NCBI GenBank assembly: GCA_029261675.1 | Contig: JAJDBA010000173.1 | Coordinates: forward strand, 1-48,151 | Source: Nitrospinaceae bacterium | GTDB taxonomy: Bacteria; Nitrospinota; Nitrospinia; Nitrospinales; VA-1 | DNA length: 48,151 bases | Direction: 5' to 3' | Part shown: positions 33,927-41,958 of the stretch, piece by piece | Layout: each line of letters opens with the position of its first letter | Position numbering within the stretch: the first letter of the stretch is position 1 | Position numbers and translations under genes: made by a program | The notes under the pieces: generated by a model | The model's database searches: none | Seen by the model: only the letters and a program-made list of their open reading frames with translations | Told to the model about the DNA's origin: nothing

Positions 33927-36572
33927 ATGTACCTTTTTATGTTTGATACCGCTTTCACAGGAAATGAGGTAACGGGCTCTTATAACCTGTGGCTTGTTTT
34001 TTTCTCTTACGTAGTTGCTTCTTTCGCTTCTTTTACGGCTTTTGACTTAGCTATTCGAATCAAAGAAAGCCATGGAACTACCCGAAATGTCTGGATTGGT
34101 GGATGCGCCTTAACTATGGGCGGAGGAATCTGGTCTATGCATTTTACCGCCATGCTAGCCTTAAAGATTCCCCTATCCATCACCTATGACTTAGGGACTA
34201 CCCTTTTCTCATTTATTATTGCTGTCGCTGTTTCTGGTATTGGGTTTTTCCAAGTTTACTCCGGGAAAACCGTTTTAATCGCCAATATCATCAAGGGTGG
34301 AGTGCTGATGGGATGCGGGGTGATAGGGATGCATTATACCGGAATGGCAGCAATGGAGTTATCTGGGACGATGCATTACAAGCCCGGTTTGTTTATTCTT
34401 TCATCGTTGATTGCAATTTTAGCCGCTATTGTTGCAATGGGTTTGACCACTCATTTCGGCAATAAAGAAGGAGCTAGGTTTTCACTAAAAGTTATTGCTT
34501 CATTGGTAATGGGTATGGCTGTTTTTGGTATGCATTATACCGGAATGGCTGCAACCGTTTTTACTGTTCCACAAAATTTTATTCCTCCCTTACAGATTAC
34601 TTCAGATTTCGACATGCTGGCATTCGGAATTTCTCTAGTAACACTTTTTATAATGGGTATGGCATTGCTCGTCTCCATAACGCAAAGAGAGATTCAAAGG
34701 CTTGTGGAAGCAAAGTCACAACTTGAAAACCGAATCAGTGCGTTACCAAAATTTCCTGAGAAAAACCCGTTTCCCGTTCTCCAAATAGACAAATCTGGAG
34801 TCATCGTTTATGTCAATTTCGCAGCGGAGAAAGCGTTGGCTAATTGGAATTGTAAGCTGTTAGATACGATTCCTGATGTTTTCAAAAATACTATTAAAGA
34901 CACGTTTGATTTTCAGGAGTCGAATCCTTTGGAAATTGACATTGGTCAACAAAAATATGTTTTTGATGCGGTTTACAATAAAGACCAAGACAGGGTCAAC
35001 ATGTATGGAAATTATAGTTTAGATTCAAAATCAACGAGTCAGGCTTTACACATAGAGCGTCAGAACTTTTTCGATATGTTAGATAACCTGCCCATTTGTT
35101 TTCATTTGCAGGCACCAGATTATTCTGTCCCTTACGCTAATAAAATGTTCCGTGAACGGTTTGGTGATCCTGAGGACAGAAAATGTTTTGATTTGATGTA
35201 TAGAAGAGACGAGCCTTGTGAAGTTTGTTCCCCTTTCAAAGTATTTGATAATAAGGAAAAACAGGCCAGTGTTTGGAGCTCAATGGATGGATATACCTAT
35301 TTGACGGTATGCACCCCTTTTAAGGGGTCGGATGGAAAAGATTTGGTGATGGAAATGGCTATGGATATTACCGATCAGGAAAATGCCAAGAAGGAAGCCC
35401 TCAGTGCAAAAGAAGAAGCTGAAATGGCTAACTATTCCAAATCCGAATTTTTGGCGAGAATGAGTCACGAATTACGCACTCCTATGAACGCTATCCTGGG
35501 TTTCACACAGCTTTTGCAGATAGATCAAAGGAATCCTTTAGCCGAATACCAAAAGGAAAACATGGAGAGGGTATCTTCAGCAGGGAAGCATCTTTTGAAT
35601 CTCATCAATGAAGTGCTCGATCTTTCTACAGTTGAATCTGGGAAATTGGATTTAACAATAGAAACGCTGGATATAGTTCCTATTGTTGATAATGTATTTT
35701 CTATTTCACAGGCACTTGCTAATGAGAAAAATATATCTCTAAAGTATGCAGGGCTTCCGCAAGAGGGTTATTTTGTTGATATAGATGCTCTGAGGTTCAA
35801 GCAAGCTGTCTTGAACCTGATCTCCAATGCAATCAAATACAATAAACCTAATGGTTCTGTAATTATTTCCTATGAAAAACTGAAGAATGGCAAAGTCCGG
35901 TTAGGAGTCCAGGATACGGGACATGGTATTGCCCAAGATAAGATAGATAAGCTCTTCCAACCCTTTGAGCGTTTTGATGTGGATGTAGAACAAATTGAGG
36001 GCACTGGCATTGGACTGACTATTTCCAAAAAACTCATTGAATCTATGGGCGGAATTATAGGCTTTGAAAGTGTGATAGGGGAGGGCAGTTTTTTTTATAT
36101 TGACGTTCCAGTTTCAGATAAAAAACCTGCGTCTCTGGAGATTGAAATACCCGCAGATTCAATCTCTGCCTCCGTAGAAACAAACCTTAAAAAAACGGTT
36201 CTCTATATAGAAGATATTCCAGCCAATATAGTCTTGGTGAAGCAAATTTTGACGAGCAGATCTCATATAGAATTGTTATCGGCACCCAATGCTTTAGATG
36301 GCATCAAAATAGCCGAGACCCACATCCCTGATTTGATTTTAATGGATATTCATTTGCCAGGGATGGATGGCCTTACAGCTTTTAAAAAGCTTCAAGCTCT
36401 CAATGTAACTAAAGACATTCCGATTATTGCTTTGACAGCAGATGCGATGGATGGAGATATAAAAAGAGCTCTGGATATGGGATTCCATTCCTATACTACC
36501 AAGCCCATTGATGTGTCCAAATTTTTGAAGGTAATAGATGGTGTGTTAAATCAACAAGCAAAACTTATTTAA
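33927..36572 (+). CDS. MHYT-domain hybrid histidine kinase (MHYT membrane sensor, two PAS-like regions, HisKA, HATPase_c, REC; array member 2)
   Basis: Three MHYT-type helices: 'WSMHFTAMLAL', 'IGMHYTGMAAM', 'FGMHYTGMAAT'. Cys-rich PAS-like region 'CFDLMYRRDEPCEVCS'. H-box '[26 protein letters not shown]'. C-terminal REC '[11 protein letters not shown]...[13 protein letters not shown]...IIALTADAM...YTTKP'. Confidence 0.9.
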   Translation: MYLFMFDTAFTGNEVTGSYNLWLVFFSYVVASFASFTAFDLAIRIKESHGTTRNVWIGGCALTMGGGIWSMHFTAMLALKIPLSITYDLGTTLFSFIIAVAVSGIGFFQVYSGKTVLIANIIKGGVLMGCGVIGMHYTGMAAMELSGTMHYKPGLFILSSLIAILAAIVAMGLTTHFGNKEGARFSLKVIASLVMGMAVFGMHYTGMAATVFTVPQNFIPPLQITSDFDMLAFGISLVTLFIMGMALLVSITQREIQRLVEAKSQLENRISALPKFPEKNPFPVLQIDKSGVIVYVNFAAEKALANWNCKLLDTIPDVFKNTIKDTFDFQESNPLEIDIGQQKYVFDAVYNKDQDRVNMYGNYSLDSKSTSQALHIERQNFFDMLDNLPICFHLQAPDYSVPYANKMFRERFGDPEDRKCFDLMYRRDEPCEVCSPFKVFDNKEKQASVWSSMDGYTYLTVCTPFKGSDGKDLVMEMAMDITDQENAKKEALSAKEEAEMANYSKSEFLARMSHELRTPMNAILGFTQLLQIDQRNPLAEYQKENMERVSSAGKHLLNLINEVLDLSTVESGKLDLTIETLDIVPIVDNVFSISQALANEKNISLKYAGLPQEGYFVDIDALRFKQAVLNLISNAIKYNKPNGSVIISYEKLKNGKVRLGVQDTGHGIAQDKIDKLFQPFERFDVDVEQIEGTGIGLTISKKLIESMGGIIGFESVIGEGSFFYIDVPVSDKKPASLEIEIPADSISASVETNLKKTVLYIEDIPANIVLVKQILTSRSHIELLSAPNALDGIKIAETHIPDLILMDIHLPGMDGLTAFKKLQALNVTKDIPIIALTADAMDGDIKRALDMGFHSYTTKPIDVSKFLKVIDGVLNQQAKLI
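36276..36485 (+). repeat. Near-identical 210-bp receiver-module repeat, copy 1
   Basis: Hand alignment: 7 mismatches/210 nt against 41599-41808 and 14/210 against 38339-38548, with no indels. Encodes '[70 protein letters not shown]'. Confidence 0.9.
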
Positions 36573-36661
36573 GCGCATGTCGCATAAATCTTGTTGTACT
36601 CGAAATGGTCATCTGAGTGTGATTTTTTTTTTAGAGGCTCAAACTTTACTGAAGTTTTGTT

Positions 36662-38629
36662 ATGCATAGATTGCTGAAGCGGCAAATAAAAAAACATTTA
36701 AGCTCTTGTGATTTGAATTCTTCATCCATTCAAAATTTTATTAATTCAGTGGATGAAACTTACCAGGAAATGGATTCAGACCATGAATTGCTGGCGCATG
36801 CGATGGATTTGGGTTCAAAAGAACTTACCGAAAAAAACCAATCCCTTTTAAATGAAGTTCTTGAAAAGAAAAAAGTTCTGAAAGAAATGGGGCAGGCAGA
36901 GTCATTGTTGAATATTCAAAAAGATGCACTTGGTAGACTTGCAAAAGGATATTCGCTTAAGGAAATATTGGATGTTTTGGCAAAAGGTTTTGAAGAAGTA
37001 TTTATTGGCGCAAAATGCTCGATTCTTTTGTTCAATAAAGAAAAGCAACGTCTCTATAATTGTTCTTCGCCTAGTTTGCCTGAGGAGTATCTTAATTATA
37101 TAAATGGTACAAAAATTGGTCCCTCTATGGGGTCATGTGGGACCGCTGTTTATGAAGGAGAAATAGTTATTGTTGAAAGTATTGCAACAGACCCTTTATG
37201 GGCTGTGGCTAGAGATGTTGCCCTATCATACGGGTTGCTATCGTGTTGGTCTTGCCCTGTTTGGGGGGGTGGGAATCAGGTTTTGGGAACCTTTGCGGTT
37301 TACTATAGCTCTACAAAAATACCAAAACAGGAGGAGTTAGAGGTAATTAAGTCTATGGCGTATTTGGTTGGTGTTGCCATAGAGAATATAGAAAATGAAA
37401 AGAAAGTTCTGGAAAACCAATTGGAATTGGAAGACAGAGTTGAAAAGAGAACTGAGGAGTTGATGCAAGCTAAAGAAGAAGCCGAAAAAGCCAGTCAGAT
37501 TAAATCCGAATTTCTGGCAAAAATGAGCCATGAGTTACGTACGCCTATGAACGCTATTCTTGGGTTTACTCAATTATTGCAAATGGATCATAAAAACCCC
37601 TTAGCCGATTACCAAAATAAAAATATGGAAAGAGTATCGTCAGCGGGTCACCATCTGTTGATGCTTATCAATGAGATTCTTGATCTTTCGAAAATTGAAT
37701 CTGGGGAAATAGGTTTGGCAATAGAAACGGTGGATATGATTCCTATTGTGGATAACGTAATTTCTATTTCCCAATCACTTGCGAATGAAAAAAACATCTC
37801 TCTAAGATATGAAAAAAATCTATGTGAGAATTGTTTTGTTGCGGTCGACCCGCTTCGATTTAAACAGGTTGTTCTGAACTTAATATCCAATGCGATCAAA
37901 TACAACAAACCCAATGGATCTGTTGTAGTTTCTTTTAAAAGTCAGGAAAGTGGAACAATGCGGTTGAGAATTCAAGATACGGGGCATGGGATTGCTGAAG
38001 ATAAGATAGATAAACTCTTCAAACCCTTTGAGCGTTTTGATGTAGATGCAGAGCAAATTGAAGGTGCCGGTATTGGGTTGACTATATCTAAACAGCTAAT
38101 AGAAATGATGCATGGAACGATTGGGTTTGATAGCAAGTTGGGAGAAGGCAGCCTTTTTTATATAGACGTGCCAATTTCAAATAAAGCACCTAGGCCACTG
38201 GAGATTGAAATACCTTCGGACTCATTTCCTGACTCTTCGACCCAAAAGATGGTTAAAAAGGTTCTATATGTTGAAGATATTCCTGCAAACGTGGAGTTGG
38301 TGAGGCAAATATTTATATGTAGGCCTTATATAAAATTATTATCGGCACCTAATGCTTTAGATGGCATCAAAATAGCCGAGACCCACATCCCTGATCTGAT
38401 TTTAATGGATATTCATTTGCCAGAGATGGATGGTCTTACAGCTTTTAAAAAGCTTCAAACTCTCAATGAGACTAAAGACATTCCGGTTATCGCTTTGACA
38501 GCAGATGCTATGGATGGCGATATAAAAAAGGCTCTCGATATGGGATTCCATTCCTACATTACCAAGCCCATCGATGTGTCTAAGTTTTTGGAAACAGTAG
38601 ATAAAGTTTTAGAACCGGATACTTTATGA
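36662..38629 (+). CDS. GAF-domain hybrid histidine kinase (GAF, HisKA, HATPase_c, REC; array member 3)
   Basis: GAF '[22 protein letters not shown]...[24 protein letters not shown]...[22 protein letters not shown]'. H-box '[26 protein letters not shown]'. REC '[14 protein letters not shown]...[13 protein letters not shown]'. Confidence 0.9.
   Translation: MHRLLKRQIKKHLSSCDLNSSSIQNFINSVDETYQEMDSDHELLAHAMDLGSKELTEKNQSLLNEVLEKKKVLKEMGQAESLLNIQKDALGRLAKGYSLKEILDVLAKGFEEVFIGAKCSILLFNKEKQRLYNCSSPSLPEEYLNYINGTKIGPSMGSCGTAVYEGEIVIVESIATDPLWAVARDVALSYGLLSCWSCPVWGGGNQVLGTFAVYYSSTKIPKQEELEVIKSMAYLVGVAIENIENEKKVLENQLELEDRVEKRTEELMQAKEEAEKASQIKSEFLAKMSHELRTPMNAILGFTQLLQMDHKNPLADYQNKNMERVSSAGHHLLMLINEILDLSKIESGEIGLAIETVDMIPIVDNVISISQSLANEKNISLRYEKNLCENCFVAVDPLRFKQVVLNLISNAIKYNKPNGSVVVSFKSQESGTMRLRIQDTGHGIAEDKIDKLFKPFERFDVDAEQIEGAGIGLTISKQLIEMMHGTIGFDSKLGEGSLFYIDVPISNKAPRPLEIEIPSDSFPDSSTQKMVKKVLYVEDIPANVELVRQIFICRPYIKLLSAPNALDGIKIAETHIPDLILMDIHLPEMDGLTAFKKLQTLNETKDIPVIALTADAMDGDIKKALDMGFHSYITKPIDVSKFLETVDKVLEPDTL
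38339..38548 (+). repeat. Near-identical 210-bp receiver-module repeat, copy 2
   Basis: 14 mismatches/210 nt against copy 1, counted by hand. In frame within the REC domain of kinase 36662..38629. Confidence 0.9.
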
Positions 38630-41600
38630 AAGAGAGATTAAACAGTTTCAGCAACGATAAGCTTGGTTCTGGAAATTTTGTGCTATTGGTAGGGTCTTTT
38701 ATTTCCATTGTGTTGTTATTTTTAATGGGTTCCTGGGTATTAAAAAATATTGAAAAGGAAATAAAATCAGGTTTAGCGGATCAGTTGCAAGTATCCCTCC
38801 AATCCAACATAGAGACCTTGAATATATGGGCCCAGCAGGAAATTCAAGCCGTCAATTTTTGGGCCAATGAACCTCGTATTCGTGAAAAAATATTCAATCT
38901 GAAGAAAACATTCAATGAGAGCAATCAGAATATAGATGTCTTACAAACCTCCCCAGATATGCTTGGTTTACGCGAAATTCTGAGACCGGTAAGCCAAGAG
39001 CATGAGCATATTGGTTTTGTTGTCATAGACCCCAAGGGAAATCAAATCGCTGCTCTTTTGGATGAGCCTGTGGGGAAAATACAAGTGAGTCTCCATTCTG
39101 ATTTTGTAAGTCAGGCGCTTAAAGGGAAGCCGATCATATCTCTTCCTTTTAAGGCAGTAGTTAAACTGCCGGATGCCAAGAACGTTTTTAAAGATGGGCA
39201 ATCTACCATGTTTAGCGCCGCCCCTGTTCGTGATGATGATGGAAATGTTATCGCGGTGTTGTCTTTTAGGATCAAACCTTGGCTTGATTTCACTCGTGTG
39301 ATGCAGATTGCCCGAGCGGGAGATACTGGCGAAACCTATGCCTTTAATCGTAAAGGGAAAATGATTTCTAAAAGCCGTTTTTTAGATAGTCTAAAAACAG
39401 TTGGCCTTCTCCCTAATGTACCTGATGCCCAGTCAATTCTCAATGTTGACATTCGTGATCCTCAAGGGAATCTATTGGATGGATATCGCCCGTCTGTTCC
39501 GCGCGAACAACAACCTTTGACTCTAATGGCGAAAAGCGCCCTTTCCGGCGAGTCGGGTTACCATGTAGATGGGTATAACGATTATCGAGGCGTGCCTGTA
39601 GTAGGGGCTTGGGCATGGCTGGGTGAATATGGATTTGGAATCGCCACAGAAATGGATGTTAGTGAAGCTTTGCGGCCTTTGAACAACCTTCGTAAATTTT
39701 TTCTTCTGCTATTTGCTCTACTTGTAACGATGACGGCAGTTTATTGGTTCAAGCGATTTTGGGAATTGAAAAAGGATGCCGAATTTAAAATATTGGAGGT
39801 AAAAAAAAGAACCTCCGACATTCGAGTCAAGACAATATTGGAAAATGTGTTGGACGGCATAATTACCATTACCCCTTTTGGGATTGTAGAGACTTACAAC
39901 CCGGGAGCAGAAAGAATATTTGGATACTCTTCAGAGGAAGTCGTTGGTGAGAATGTATCTATGCTCATGCCGTCACCTTATGCAGAAGAGCACGATGGAT
40001 ATCTGGAAAAATATTTCCGTACCGGAAAATCGACAATAATTGGTGTCGTTCGGGAAGTGGTTGGAAGACGCAAGGATGGAACAGAGTTTCCTATGGATCT
40101 AGGGATAAGTGTAACAAATTTGGAACACGAACAATTTGTTACCGGGGTCGTTCGAGATATTTCTGAGCGTAAGCTGATCGAAGAAAGGCTTCAAAATAAA
40201 GCCAATTATATCAAAATGCTTCATTCGGTTGCCATTGCCGCAAACGAGTCTAACAGCTTTGAAGAGGCTATGAAAACTTGTTTAGAGAGCATATGTAAAC
40301 TCACTCATTGGCCGGTGGGGCATTTATACCTGGCTGAAAGGGATCGTGCTGAACCGCTCCTTTCCACCGACTTATGGTATATGGATGATCCTGACCGCTT
40401 TCAAACCTTCAAAGATATTACGGAAAAGGTGAACCTTAATATAGGTGAAGGGCTGCCGGGGCGTGTTTGCGAGAGTCGCGAACCGTTATGGATAGAAGAT
40501 GTGACTCGCGATTCAAATTTTTCGCGAGCAAAAATGGCTGAGGATATTGGCGTAAAAGGAGCTTTTGCTTTTCCGGTGATGATAAAAGGTTCAGTGGTAG
40601 CTGTCCTTGAGTTTTACTCTGCAAGCCCGGCTAATCTTGATTTACGTCTTTTGGATATAATGAAAAATATAGGCCTGCAAACGGGCCGACTGATTGAGCG
40701 TTGGGAAAATGAAGCGAATTTAAAAGAGAGCAAAATTTCTGCAGAAAATGCCAACCGGGCCAAATCTGAATTCTTGGCGCGAATGAGTCATGAACTACGT
40801 ACTCCTATGAACTCTATTTTAGGGTTCACGCAACTTTTACAAATGGATAAAAAAGCTCCCCTAGCCGATTACCAGCAAGCGAATATAGAAAATGTCTTAT
40901 CAGCAGGTAGTCATCTCTTGATGCTTATTGATGAAGTGCTGGATCTTTCGAAAATTGAATCTGGCAATATAAAATTGTCCACAGAACGGGTTGATATCGT
41001 TCTCATTGTGGATAATGTAGTTTCTATTTCGCAGTCACTTGCGAATGAAATGAACATATCTCTGAGGTACGAAGCAATTTCGACAAAGAGTTGTTTTGTT
41101 GAGGTCGATCCGCTTCGATTTAAACAGATTGTTTTGAACTTGATTTCCAATGCAATCAAATACAATAAACCTAGAGGGTCTGTGATTGTTTCTTTTAAAG
41201 AACAGGATGATGGCAGGATGCGTTTAGGGATAAAGGATACAGGGAATGGAATTCCTGAAGACAAGCAAGGCAGACTCTTTAAACCTTTTGAACGCTTGGA
41301 TATAAAGGCTGAGAAGATTGAAGGGACTGGTATTGGCTTGACCATATCGAAACAGCTCATAGAGTTGATGGGAGGAACCATAGGCTTCGAAAGTGTTTAT
41401 GGCGAAGGCAGTGTTTTTTATATTGATGTTCCTGTTTCAGATAAAGCACCTGTGCCATTAGAGATTGAATCACCTTCGGACTCTTCTTTCGCTTCTTCGA
41501 TCATTGATGGTAAAAAGCAAGTTTTGTACATTGAAGATATTCCTGCAAACGTGGAGTTGGTGAATCAAATTTTGGTGAGCAGACCGCATATAGAATTATT

Positions 41601-41886
41601 ATCGGCACCCAATGCTTTAGATGGTATCAAAATAGCTGAGATCCACATCCCTGATTTGATTTTAATGGATATTCATTTGCCAGGGATGGATGGTCTTACA
41701 GCTTTTAAAAAGCTTCAAGCTCTCAATGTGACTAAAGACATTCCGATTATTGCTTTGACAGCAGATGCGATGGATGGGGATATAAAAAGAGCCCTGGATA
41801 TGGGATTCAATTCCTACATCACTAAGCCAATTAATGTACCTAAGTTTTTGAAGGAAGTAGATAAAGTTTTAGCACCGAGCGTCTGA
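38626..41886 (+). CDS. Periplasmic Cache-like / FixL-type PAS / GAF hybrid histidine kinase (array member 4)
   Basis: The start overlaps the previous stop (ATGA). TM1 '[22 protein letters not shown]', then a periplasmic region of about 330 aa with Cache-like '[33 protein letters not shown]', then TM2. PAS '[44 protein letters not shown]'. GAF; H-box '[26 protein letters not shown]'; REC. Confidence 0.9.
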   Translation: MKERLNSFSNDKLGSGNFVLLVGSFISIVLLFLMGSWVLKNIEKEIKSGLADQLQVSLQSNIETLNIWAQQEIQAVNFWANEPRIREKIFNLKKTFNESNQNIDVLQTSPDMLGLREILRPVSQEHEHIGFVVIDPKGNQIAALLDEPVGKIQVSLHSDFVSQALKGKPIISLPFKAVVKLPDAKNVFKDGQSTMFSAAPVRDDDGNVIAVLSFRIKPWLDFTRVMQIARAGDTGETYAFNRKGKMISKSRFLDSLKTVGLLPNVPDAQSILNVDIRDPQGNLLDGYRPSVPREQQPLTLMAKSALSGESGYHVDGYNDYRGVPVVGAWAWLGEYGFGIATEMDVSEALRPLNNLRKFFLLLFALLVTMTAVYWFKRFWELKKDAEFKILEVKKRTSDIRVKTILENVLDGIITITPFGIVETYNPGAERIFGYSSEEVVGENVSMLMPSPYAEEHDGYLEKYFRTGKSTIIGVVREVVGRRKDGTEFPMDLGISVTNLEHEQFVTGVVRDISERKLIEERLQNKANYIKMLHSVAIAANESNSFEEAMKTCLESICKLTHWPVGHLYLAERDRAEPLLSTDLWYMDDPDRFQTFKDITEKVNLNIGEGLPGRVCESREPLWIEDVTRDSNFSRAKMAEDIGVKGAFAFPVMIKGSVVAVLEFYSASPANLDLRLLDIMKNIGLQTGRLIERWENEANLKESKISAENANRAKSEFLARMSHELRTPMNSILGFTQLLQMDKKAPLADYQQANIENVLSAGSHLLMLIDEVLDLSKIESGNIKLSTERVDIVLIVDNVVSISQSLANEMNISLRYEAISTKSCFVEVDPLRFKQIVLNLISNAIKYNKPRGSVIVSFKEQDDGRMRLGIKDTGNGIPEDKQGRLFKPFERLDIKAEKIEGTGIGLTISKQLIELMGGTIGFESVYGEGSVFYIDVPVSDKAPVPLEIESPSDSSFASSIIDGKKQVLYIEDIPANVELVNQILVSRPHIELLSAPNALDGIKIAEIHIPDLILMDIHLPGMDGLTAFKKLQALNVTKDIPIIALTADAMDGDIKRALDMGFNSYITKPINVPKFLKEVDKVLAPSV
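39829..40173 (+). other. FixL-like (putatively haem-b-binding) PAS domain inside kinase 38626..41886
   Basis: Strong resemblance to my recollection of the Sinorhizobium meliloti FixL haem-PAS: '[52 protein letters not shown]...[13 protein letters not shown]'. Candidate proximal His = His456 (CAC 39991-39993). Confidence 0.65.
41599..41808 (+). repeat. Near-identical 210-bp receiver-module repeat, copy 3
   Basis: 7 mismatches/210 nt against copy 1, all at what appear to be third codon positions or conservative changes. In frame within the REC domain of kinase 38626..41886. Confidence 0.9.
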
Positions 41887-41958
41887 CTGAAAAATTTATG
41901 ATAAATCGATAATATATTATTGCTAGCCAGAGAAAGTGGTGGCCGGTTGATCCAACGC

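Noticed and set aside
35184-35231. Cys cluster in the MHYT kinase as a c-type haem (CXXCH) site
   Set aside because: The motif reads C-E-V-C-S, with no His after the second Cys, and the region is predicted to be cytoplasmic. I kept it only as a possible metal/redox site.
36623-36632. T10 tract between kinases 2 and 3 as an intrinsic terminator
   Set aside because: It is preceded only by a 4-bp stem (ACTC...GAGT) with a 13-nt loop, which is too weak to call. The genes are more likely co-transcribed.
39801-39808. A8 homopolymer inside kinase 38626..41886 as a phase-variation switch
   Set aside because: It is a single short tract encoding Lys-Lys in a linker. There is no evidence of length heterogeneity, and no comparable tracts occur in the paralogues.
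40911-41381. Long antisense or overlapping ORFs from the six-frame track (e.g. 40911..41381-, 27100..27555-, 5800..6207-, 45025..45471-, 12207..12557+, 22337..22702-)
   Set aside because: Each lies entirely opposite to, or out of frame with, a gene that has strong family motifs. Their sequences are low-complexity and motif-free. They are typical shadow ORFs.
36276-41808. The three near-identical 210-bp repeats as a CRISPR array, mobile element or DGR template/variable repeat pair
   Set aside because: All copies are in frame inside receiver domains of paralogous kinases and are about 2-3 kb apart. They have no spacers or terminal inverted repeats, and no transposase, Cas or reverse transcriptase gene is in the window.
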